A stretch of 64,000 nt of DNA from a virus, in the IMG/VR virus record IMGVR_UViG_3300020182_000012, one strand, 5' to 3'. The first letter of the stretch is position 1, and every line of letters begins with the position of its first letter. Under the pieces are notes generated by a model. It saw only the letters and a list, made by a program, of their open reading frames with translations. It was not told the DNA's origin and searched no databases. Made by a program: the position numbers and the translations under genes. Below, one piece after another: positions 1-8,749 of the stretch.

Positions 1-2368
1 TATACTGCCTAACTGTGCCTTCGTCGATTGTTTTTGTAACACTAACTGTACCGTTTACGTATACAAATGTATCGACATACAAGTTATTGTCGAATACAAT
101 ATCGCCAACATTAGCAATAGTTGCATACTTTAGAGGCTGTTCGATAATAGTATCCGTTGCACCGCTGCCCACTGCATAGCTGAACAACTTGGTACCTACA
201 AATGTACTACTTGGATAGACAGTTATATCAGAGTAGCTGTAGCCATTACTGTCGAATATATCAAATAACGGCGCTTGATTGACTTTGGTTTTTTGCTGTG
301 CACTTATCCAGTTAGTGCCGTTAAACCAATATGCCTTGCCTTGTTGTGTGTTTCCACTCATTACTACTGTAGTAGTGTTGGCGGGCACATCAGGAGTTGT
401 TAAGCTTGCTGGTTGCAAATCAATAATCGGCGTAGCGCCCGGAGTTAGTTCAACAAACTGTACTTCATAAATTTTATTTCTTACTTCAGGGTCTGCATCA
501 GCAGCAAAAATAACCTGCGATCCTGAGATCAAGCTATACCCATCAATTGAATACCCAATTGTACCATTAATGTTCGAAAAGGCATCTGTTTCAGAAAAGT
601 CGATAATATCAATACTATTAATACCTTCTGTACCTGCATTGAAAAGTTTTAGATTTTTTCTAAACTCTAAGATAGGACGTTTGGCTCTGTTGTCATTGTT
701 GATTGTCAATGGAACGTTGTTGTATGTCGCTGTGGCGTCCAATACATCAATATGGAACCATCTGTTGCTGCGACTCCAGGCGTTGCGGTCTATGCTTGCA
801 CGGTTAACTGTTAAATAATCTTGCGCAGTTGGTGCATTCAGTGTTGCATCAAAATTGCCTTCATCATATGGATTGGAGTCATATGGCACACTGCTACTAG
901 CCGTGTACTTCTCAGGAGTAACAAAGTTAGTTGTTAACAACAACTCAATGGAAGTTCCAACTCCCTCGACATAATATTCGTTGTTTTCGTAACTTGCAGG
1001 AACAACCGTTCCAATAAAACGTACCTTAAGACCATTAGTGAACACAACACCATTGGGAGATGTGTAATTTGTTTTCCCAAGTATTTCAGATATGTTTAAA
1101 TCTGCGGCATTCTCTTGATCAACAATGCGTATGATACCAAAATTTGTTTCGTCACTGCCATCTTGATAGTAAAGAATATCAGAGTTAGCAGTAATAAGAG
1201 GTTGGCGCTCCATTGTACCTTCGGCATTTTTATACCAAGTAGCACCAGCATTGTTTGCACCGTATTCAATGTTTGTTTTGCTTAGATTTGCAATACTCTG
1301 ATTAACAGTAAGCTCCATGTACGGACGATCTGGATCTGCATAGTTAAAGTTAATTCTCCATTGCACATATCTTTCAGCATCAGTTGCTATTGGAGTAGAA
1401 TCGTCAAATGGGTTTTCTCCGTATCCGTTTCCTTCTGTGTCAAACGGCGTTTGGATTTCCCAGCCATCGTTGCCAGTGTTTGTTAAAATTAATGTACGAT
1501 TTTCTAAGTCAGAAATTCCGTCAATGCCGCCATTGGCAGCAAGGAATTCGTCAACATACTGATTGTTAATATCAGTAAACTTTAGTGTACCGTCAATTAA
1601 ATCAGTTGCCCCAATATCAGTGAGTGTAAAGTAAAAGTTCTGTGCATCTTTAGCAGGTACATCAAATGTAACAGTACCGGCGTCTTCGCCGTTGTTAGAT
1701 ACGCCTAATACCTGTCTTGACGATTGGTTTGGCTGAGATGGTAATACTCCACTTGTACCTGGAACACTTTGTATCCAAAAGTTGTTACCCGGGCTGTTAA
1801 TATTAAAAGTATAGTTCCCTTCACGTACAAAAGACAACGTAGGTAACGTACCAGCTTCACCGGAGAAGGTGTATCCGTCGTCTGTGTCTTCTACATCAAA
1901 ATCATCTTGTACAGGAATGGAATTTGAAAATACATCAACACTATCTGGTCCACTGGGTACCCAATAGTATTGCCCAAAATTTACATACTTGTCATAATCA
2001 ACAAATGGATCAAAGCTATAATATTCACTGTTAAACAATCTGTCGTGGCGTGAAACATCAGCGCCTTGCATTTTTAAACTGTCAATAATACCTGGATAAG
2101 TGATTGCATTTTCAACTTGATTTGTATTTGGTTTAAGCTGAACAACTCCTGGTTCCATTTGGTAGTTTGTTCTAGTTTCGGTTGGCTCCAGCACATAATT
2201 GTCACTGGCAGTAACACCAGGGCCGATTTTGCGCCCAATATAACCTTGTGTTGGTTTTAATTTTGGGTTTTGGTACAGTTGGTCTAGTGTAGTTCGCAGC
2301 AATTGTTTGTTTGTAGGTGTTTGAAAAATTTCTGGAAGAAACTGCTCAGAACGAATTCTTTTAGCCAT
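1..2368 (-). CDS. Large virion/baseplate structural protein, truncated by the window edge (not in ORF track)
   Basis: ATG at 2368 reads MAKRIRSEQFLPEIFQTPTNKQLLRTTLDQLYQNPK...; starts 3 nt after the gp6-like stop; the frame appears to run off the window start; baseplate operon context. Confidence 0.8.
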   Translation of the reverse strand, partial: MAKRIRSEQFLPEIFQTPTNKQLLRTTLDQLYQNPKLKPTQGYIGRKIGPGVTASDNYVLEPTETRTNYQMEPGVVQLKPNTNQVENAITYPGIIDSLKMQGADVSRHDRLFNSEYYSFDPFVDYDKYVNFGQYYWVPSGPDSVDVFSNSIPVQDDFDVEDTDDGYTFSGEAGTLPTLSFVREGNYTFNINSPGNNFWIQSVPGTSGVLPSQPNQSSRQVLGVSNNGEDAGTVTFDVPAKDAQNFYFTLTDIGATDLIDGTLKFTDINNQYVDEFLAANGGIDGISDLENRTLILTNTGNDGWEIQTPFDTEGNGYGENPFDDSTPIATDAERYVQWRINFNYADPDRPYMELTVNQSIANLSKTNIEYGANNAGATWYKNAEGTMERQPLITANSDILYYQDGSDETNFGIIRIVDQENAADLNISEILGKTNYTSPNGVVFTNGLKVRFIGTVVPASYENNEYYVEGVGTSIELLLTTNFVTPEKYTASSSVPYDSNPYDEGNFDATLNAPTAQDYLTVNRASIDRNAWSRSNRWFHIDVLDATATYNNVPLTINNDNRAKRPILEFRKNLKLFNAGTEGINSIDIIDFSETDAFSNINGTIGYSIDGYSLISGSQVIFAADADPEVRNKIYEVQFVELTPGATPIIDLQPASLTTPDVPANTTTVVMSGNTQQGKAYWFNGTNWISAQQKTKVNQAPLFDIFDSNGYSYSDITVYPSSTFVGTKLFSYAVGSGATDTIIEQPLKYATIANVGDIVFDNNLYVDTFVYVNGTVSVTKTIDEGTVRQY

Positions 2369-2371
2369 AGT

Positions 2372-5300
2372 TTATACTACTCCGCTGTTGGTTGCTGTAC
2401 GTAATTGACTGCTAGTCAATGCGCTAATAACTTCAACATCGTTAACTGTTGCTGCATTAACAAAAATTTCATTTGGTTGGCTGCGAATTTCGTATAAGTC
2501 TCCGAATGATTTTGAAGGATCTGTAGGCACAAGTACTACAGTAGAAATAATACTGCCTAATTGATCATGCAAGTATGCAGTAAGCTCCGAGAAGAAGAAT
2601 GTATCTCCAAAATCCCAATTTTCGATAGTAAAATATTGATTCATTGCAGTAATAACTTGACTTTTAATTTCACTAATACTCACTGTACTATTTGGATTTT
2701 TAATACATTTAACTGTTGCCCTCAACTCAGGGTCTGACTTGGTGCCAAACAACGGTTTAAAAGACACACTGTTTAAAATAATATTGTCGGAAATCATTTT
2801 ATATTCATTTAATTTGCTATAACTTGTTGTTAGTTCGTCAATTGTGGGCTGTGACGGTTCTTTAACAGTTCCGGTGCTGTCTTTAACATAGTTTTGATAT
2901 GCAGTATAATATGCATCAGTTACTAGATATATGTCGATGATGTTGGTTGTGCCTGGATCAATTCTTCTACTCAACGGAGCATTGTGTCTGTACTGGAAGT
3001 ACAAGTCTTGGCGACCAGTATATACTACGTAACCCAATGCTTGCGTTATTGTACGAACACCATCATATGCAACTGTTAACATGTAAAATAGTTTGTCAGT
3101 GTATGCATAAAACACTTGCTTGTCTGCAAATTCACTTTTAACTAATTCAATTGCATCTTTGGTTGCATATTGCCCATTAACAACCCCGCTTGCTAGTGGA
3201 ATATATCTTTCTAAATTATCAAAATCAACAGTTTTTTGTAGATACACCCGTTTGTTGTTAGGGTTTGTAGTAGGCGCAACTAATGTTTCAAAGTAATCTG
3301 GATTGTCCGGAATACCGTCATTGTCTGAATCTTTGTAACTAATTCTAACACGGAAATCATCAACAAAGCCGTCTGTTTCGGCTGGCTGCCCAACAATGTC
3401 AAGTACCTCATCACTGTTTAATGTTGAACTAGAATCAGGTTGATTATTTGTTTTTAGCACATTAATAAAATCATTGATAACTGTGCCAGTTTTTGGATCG
3501 TAAACTTTTTGTGTACCATCATAGAAGAAGCGAGTTTCTAGCACACTAGCCCAGAAGCGTTCCAAGCTTCTTGAAGTTACAGTGTATGTAACACCATCTG
3601 TTTCAAATGCAACCAACCAACTGTTGTCTAAATTTGCACCACTTGTATCTTGCGCATTAGCAAGACTGAAAGTTGTACTGTTATCTAAGTTAGTTGATGT
3701 AATAACATACCACGTCTCAGTAAGATTGTTGTACCCTAAACCAAATGCTCTGTACAATTCAATTTGTTCACGCATGGTTTGCTCTAATGTAGTAGGCAAA
3801 TCAGTAACAAAGTTTGTAATTACTTGCACTGGTACAGCGTTTGTTGGAATAAAGTTGTTAAGAGTTACAGGTCCTGTTCCGTCTGTGTTGTTACCGACCC
3901 CAAAGTTTGTGCCGTCGAGCTCAAGTTGCGTAACTGTTGCCCAAAGCACCATTTTATCACCGGGCTGTGTCGGGCTACCGGTAGCCAGTCTATTAAATTT
4001 ATTAAAATATTGCCCAGCTGGTGGTACAAACTTAACTAGACCACCTTGTGAAATGTATTTTTTATTATCAGACGCTTGTGGCCCAACTGGCGCCGGGGCG
4101 TTAGTAGCAGCAAATCTAAAATAACCTGTTGTTTCGTTGTTAGCTGTTGTACTTTGATTCCAGTTAAGATTCAAACTAGTTAAATCTGGGCGATTAAAGT
4201 TTTGATAATAAAACTCTTGCATACCTCGACTGGATAACAAAGGTTCTACTTGGTTAACAATAACACTGCTAATATCATTCTGATCAATAAACGTAAATGT
4301 AAAACCTGGAGTATCAGTGGTTTCGTAGATCAATCCATCACTTGCAAACACGTTAGTTGAGCTATACTTTCCGGTGATGTCAACCAAGTCTAAGTAGCGA
4401 CTTGTACCAATAGAACTCCTGTTAACTGCCTTTGATTTAATAATGGTGTTGTACAATGTAAACGGGAAGTTGTTGTAATCTTCACCATTGACCATTCTAT
4501 TTTGTGTGTAAAATCTAGCAGGTGCACGTTGCTTGATTTGGTTAATGCTTTCTCTGTTAGTTGCGTTGCTCACTGGTTGCGTTAGTGCACATGTCATTGA
4601 CAATGTTTCGTTGCGGCCAGTTCTGCTTATGTAGCTAACAGAAATAACAATGTTTTGCATTTCGTCGGTGTTGATAACATAGTTCAAACCATTTGATGCT
4701 CTAACATAAGATCTAAATGTACCAACTGGGATAGACGAAAATACTCCGTCACCAAAGTTTAAATTAATCTGATCATTTGTTCTTGATGTAATAGTGAAAT
4801 ATCTACGCTGTTCCGGAGTAAGTTGTTCAACTGCACCTGTGTACAAGTTTTCTACAAAATCCCATTCGTCGCTAACAGCACCAGTTGAATCTATTTCATA
4901 CAACCAAACATCTTCATTGTTGATACCTTCAATGTTTACGTTAACCACTCTATTACTAATACGCTCTCCCAAGTTAAAAGGATAATCAGTTAGCGATCCT
5001 TGTTTAAACATAAAGAAGAACCCTGTATTGGCACTAGCGTACCCTTGTTTATCATTTCTGTACAACATATTAAATGCACCATTGGGTTTCGGCGCAGGTT
5101 CGTATAGGTAATCTTTGTCTAGCGAAGTTGAGCTAACGGCTTCAAATACCATGTTAGTACCATTAACTGTTGATGAAAATGGTACCACCGGGAGAAACCC
5201 AGGTGCAAGATTGATCTGATATTCGTCATTTTGCACACCAAGAATAGTTTGGCTGTTGCCAGGATTACCAAATCGTTGGCTACCGTTCAGCACACTGTTA

Positions 5301-5779
5301 ACAATTACGGTGAATTGCTCTAGCCAGTTTGGATTAGTAGTATCGTTCCAGTTAACTGTGACATTAGACAAGTTAACACCAGTAAAATCAACTATGTCCT
5401 CGGTGCTGCTAATACTTTGTATTTTTAAAAAGCCTTGTGCCGCTGTATTACGTTTAGGAGTGTAACTTACCAATTCGGCTAGTTTTGTCACACTGTCTCT
5501 ACGTTCTGCAGTGTCAAGGAAGTTCTCTCTTGTGTTCAGGTCATTGCGAAAGCTGCCTGCTTGTCCCATAAATGCCATAACATCAAGGAGGGCAATAAAT
5601 TCCGAACTTTCAATATAGTCGTTAAAGCTTTCTGGGTAATTCAGACGTATGTAGTCAATGAAACTTTTTCTTAATGTTTCAAAGTCATAGCTTTGAAAGT
5701 CAGCTTCGCGATAGGTTTGGTAAATTCGTTTCCAATCCTCAACGCCGAATATACTGGTTTGTCTAGTTGTTTTTGCCAT
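2372..5779 (-). CDS. Baseplate wedge subunit, T4 gp6-like
   Basis: N-terminal DF.SYDFETL..F.DY.ESSE..ALLD..A motif and RMV..EDY motif typical of gp6/baseplate J; next to the gp25-like gene. Confidence 0.85.
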   Translation of the reverse strand: MAKTTRQTSIFGVEDWKRIYQTYREADFQSYDFETLRKSFIDYIRLNYPESFNDYIESSEFIALLDVMAFMGQAGSFRNDLNTRENFLDTAERRDSVTKLAELVSYTPKRNTAAQGFLKIQSISSTEDIVDFTGVNLSNVTVNWNDTTNPNWLEQFTVIVNSVLNGSQRFGNPGNSQTILGVQNDEYQINLAPGFLPVVPFSSTVNGTNMVFEAVSSTSLDKDYLYEPAPKPNGAFNMLYRNDKQGYASANTGFFFMFKQGSLTDYPFNLGERISNRVVNVNIEGINNEDVWLYEIDSTGAVSDEWDFVENLYTGAVEQLTPEQRRYFTITSRTNDQINLNFGDGVFSSIPVGTFRSYVRASNGLNYVINTDEMQNIVISVSYISRTGRNETLSMTCALTQPVSNATNRESINQIKQRAPARFYTQNRMVNGEDYNNFPFTLYNTIIKSKAVNRSSIGTSRYLDLVDITGKYSSTNVFASDGLIYETTDTPGFTFTFIDQNDISSVIVNQVEPLLSSRGMQEFYYQNFNRPDLTSLNLNWNQSTTANNETTGYFRFAATNAPAPVGPQASDNKKYISQGGLVKFVPPAGQYFNKFNRLATGSPTQPGDKMVLWATVTQLELDGTNFGVGNNTDGTGPVTLNNFIPTNAVPVQVITNFVTDLPTTLEQTMREQIELYRAFGLGYNNLTETWYVITSTNLDNSTTFSLANAQDTSGANLDNSWLVAFETDGVTYTVTSRSLERFWASVLETRFFYDGTQKVYDPKTGTVINDFINVLKTNNQPDSSSTLNSDEVLDIVGQPAETDGFVDDFRVRISYKDSDNDGIPDNPDYFETLVAPTTNPNNKRVYLQKTVDFDNLERYIPLASGVVNGQYATKDAIELVKSEFADKQVFYAYTDKLFYMLTVAYDGVRTITQALGYVVYTGRQDLYFQYRHNAPLSRRIDPGTTNIIDIYLVTDAYYTAYQNYVKDSTGTVKEPSQPTIDELTTSYSKLNEYKMISDNIILNSVSFKPLFGTKSDPELRATVKCIKNPNSTVSISEIKSQVITAMNQYFTIENWDFGDTFFFSELTAYLHDQLGSIISTVVLVPTDPSKSFGDLYEIRSQPNEIFVNAATVNDVEVISALTSSQLRTATNSGVV

Positions 5780-5827
5780 GTTTATCTATCCTTGGCAAGT
5801 ATTTATGATACTAATAAACTGGGTAGT

Positions 5828-6208
5828 TTATACGTCTGAAAATGCTGCACGTTGCTGGTTTTGATCGAAGAAAATAGACAGCATTTCAGCATCCTGTCCT
5901 TGTACTGTTTGTACTTCTAGTTCAACTAATAATCCGTTTTCTTGTGCATAAACATTAATGTCACTAATAGCTATCCTAGGATCTTGTGCAACCACTCGCT
6001 GAATTTCAGTTATCACTTGCTGAGAGGTGCTGGCATTTTGTGGTTCATATATTAAACTCCACATGGTTGTACCCACATTTGGACGACCCGGCATTTCGCC
6101 TTGTCGTATGTTCAATGCGTTTAACAAGTCACGCTTGATCAGTGCAAAGTCAGTGACCGTATATGACTTGTATTTGTCGATTGTGCTGTATCCGATAAAT
6201 GTTGGCAT
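5828..6208 (-). CDS. Baseplate wedge subunit, gp25-like
   Basis: IKRDLLNALNIRQGE..GRP.VG...LIYEP...DPR pattern of the GPW/gp25 family, 126 aa. Confidence 0.85.
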   Translation of the reverse strand: MPTFIGYSTIDKYKSYTVTDFALIKRDLLNALNIRQGEMPGRPNVGTTMWSLIYEPQNASTSQQVITEIQRVVAQDPRIAISDINVYAQENGLLVELEVQTVQGQDAEMLSIFFDQNQQRAAFSDV

Positions 6209-6223
6209 ATTGTATTTATTGTC

Positions 6224-8728
6224 CTATGATAGTCTAGTTCGTAAGCTGTCAATTACAGTGTCGGCATTGCCGCCCCGGCCTGCTGCCATTAGTTTTAATG
6301 CTGTTTGATAGTCTTGAACAGTTTGAGGCAATGTTTTTACTGTTGCATTTTGTACTTTAAATGAGCCGACAACTGATGTAATTGCATTGTCGATCCCAGC
6401 TCTATTAGCAGTGTTTGCTATTCCTTCAACTATTGTGTTGTTAGCGAATGCAGGAAACGAATACGAGCCACCTCCGCTAAAAAGCCCAGAAAATCCGCCA
6501 AACAAGCCGCCTCCGCCAAACACATTACCAAGAGATGGAATGTTTGCTAGACTAGCAACATTGCTAAGATCAACTGTTTGCAGAACTGAACTCAATCTTG
6601 TTGTTGTAAATCCTTGCAATACATCAGGTATTTTTTCTGCTATCATATCGACTGCAAACTTGCCCCCTTGTACTATCGAGTCCATATCCAAACTAGTAAT
6701 TTTACTACTGTTGATACCAGCAAGGGTGTCTCCAATAATTGCAGCTCCATCAACCCATTTAGCAACTGCAGGTGCGCCAAACTTGGCAGCGCCTTGCACT
6801 AGCCCGGCAAGATCAGATGCATTTTCTAAACCAGTTACTACACCAAGATTCTGCAATTCACTAAGTCCCAAGTTTAATAGATCAGTTTGTGTGTTGTCTT
6901 GTAAACTTGTGTTTTCTAGAAAGCTGTTAACATTGCTAACACCGTTTAAACCCGTCCACACACTGCTATTATTTAGAACAGATTCAAGAGATGTAGTTGG
7001 ATCGTTGAGGAAGAACGCCGAAGTTCCTGGCTTCAAGTATCCAGATTTTTCTAATTGATCAGCACTAAGCCCATACTTGCCAACCCCTAATGTGTTTGAA
7101 ATTACATCACTTGCCTGAGGCACTTGCAAACTTGCCTGTGATAGCATGCTTCGCACAGTTGCTGGGTCTAGTTTACCAACTGCGGTATCGGTGCTGGGTT
7201 GCACTTCGTAGTCTGATACTGTGATTTTTGGAATATCAACAGCACTAGCACGATTAATAACATCTTGCGTTGCGTTTGATACTGGCACTTCGCTTGCGCC
7301 GCCAGCTAATGACGTAGTAAAGTTAACACCTGTTCCGTGGAAGGGGTATGGCTCGTGTGTAGGTGCTCTACTAGCCACTGTTTCGATTGCATTTGCTTCA
7401 ACTGTCCAACCCACACCGTCAGTGAACACAGTGTTCGGTAATTTATTTTTAGGAATGTCTTGCGGGGTTGGAACATCGCTAGCTGCCCCGCTGTTTAGCT
7501 TGATAGGCTTACCTGTTAGAGTTAAGCTTTTACTATTCCAAGAGCCATTTTTTGATTTCAGTGCAAGATTGCCGTCACTTTTAATACCAACTTGTTTTTT
7601 ACTGTAAAGCAACAAGTTGTCAGTTGCATTTAAACTCAATGCCTTGGTTTCAAGCCCCATAGCAACTTTGGCAAACATCTTGATGCTACCTTCTTCGCTG
7701 TTGAGATTAATATCACCAGCTGCATGCATGTTGATTTCACCTTGACTACGAATATTAACACTGTTTGATGCATAAACGTCAATTGTGCCTTCTTTTCCTA
7801 GTTCTACCCAAGACTGACCATTGGCATGCATTATGTGAATGCTCTCTCCGGTGTCGTTTAGCATGATTTGATGACCTGAAGATGTGCGCACTCGCAGCAA
7901 TTGGTCTTGCTCTTGAAGATCGCCATCGTCCATTACAATGCTGTGCCCGCCAAGTCTTGACACTACTATAGCTTCGTTGGCCTGCACTTGACCACTTGCA
8001 ATTTTTTTTGCCATTTCAGCAGGAGTAAATCCTCCCTGGAACACAGGTCGACCCGGGGTACTCCATCCGTATACTGTGCTAGGAGATTCACGCTGTGAGT
8101 TACTAGTAATAGGTCCTCGCAGTGGATCGCTGATAACACCTTGATCCAGCATTTGTCCAGCTAACACACTGTGAACCGGTTTTGTCTCTTCGAAGAATCT
8201 TGGATTTTCGGCTATAGCAGGGTTACTGTTGTTTACTTCAGTTACTGGCAACTGTTTTGCATTAGCAAAATACGGACTATTTGTATCGTCGACATATTTT
8301 TTACTTGCGCCAATAGCTGGCATCATATGATTGATACCTGGCTCAATGGGTGCACCGATATAATACCCTTCGTTAGGATCGCCATTTGCAAAGAAACAAA
8401 TAACCTTAGTACCAATGTCTGGCGTTGTTCCCCAGAAGCCGTAGCTTTGTTGATTGCCTACAAATTTACCTGGGCCAGTTTTTGACGGAACACTTTGTTG
8501 AGTGTTGCCGTACATAGGAGAAATATAACTAACAGTTCGCCAGAGACTTTTTTCGGTTTTATCTGGGCCAGCAAGATACTCAATGTAAACTTGCAATCGA
8601 CCACTACGGGTAGGATCAACATTGTTAACCACTTCGCCAATAAACGGGCCAGTTTCTGCCGGGGCGCCACCTTTGCCAGTTTTAAAGGATCTTGATGTGC
8701 CTGTACTTCGTTGATAGTTTTCTACCAT
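6224..8728 (-). CDS. Baseplate hub/central spike, gp5/VgrG-like, with C-terminal extension
   Basis: OB-fold motif G.V.NNVDP.RSGRLQV; RTSSGHQ..LND beta-helix region. Confidence 0.8.
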   Translation of the reverse strand: MVENYQRSTGTSRSFKTGKGGAPAETGPFIGEVVNNVDPTRSGRLQVYIEYLAGPDKTEKSLWRTVSYISPMYGNTQQSVPSKTGPGKFVGNQQSYGFWGTTPDIGTKVICFFANGDPNEGYYIGAPIEPGINHMMPAIGASKKYVDDTNSPYFANAKQLPVTEVNNSNPAIAENPRFFEETKPVHSVLAGQMLDQGVISDPLRGPITSNSQRESPSTVYGWSTPGRPVFQGGFTPAEMAKKIASGQVQANEAIVVSRLGGHSIVMDDGDLQEQDQLLRVRTSSGHQIMLNDTGESIHIMHANGQSWVELGKEGTIDVYASNSVNIRSQGEINMHAAGDINLNSEEGSIKMFAKVAMGLETKALSLNATDNLLLYSKKQVGIKSDGNLALKSKNGSWNSKSLTLTGKPIKLNSGAASDVPTPQDIPKNKLPNTVFTDGVGWTVEANAIETVASRAPTHEPYPFHGTGVNFTTSLAGGASEVPVSNATQDVINRASAVDIPKITVSDYEVQPSTDTAVGKLDPATVRSMLSQASLQVPQASDVISNTLGVGKYGLSADQLEKSGYLKPGTSAFFLNDPTTSLESVLNNSSVWTGLNGVSNVNSFLENTSLQDNTQTDLLNLGLSELQNLGVVTGLENASDLAGLVQGAAKFGAPAVAKWVDGAAIIGDTLAGINSSKITSLDMDSIVQGGKFAVDMIAEKIPDVLQGFTTTRLSSVLQTVDLSNVASLANIPSLGNVFGGGGLFGGFSGLFSGGGSYSFPAFANNTIVEGIANTANRAGIDNAITSVVGSFKVQNATVKTLPQTVQDYQTALKLMAAGRGGNADTVIDSLRTRLS

Positions 8729-8749
8729 CTATAGTGTTCCTTTAATTTA

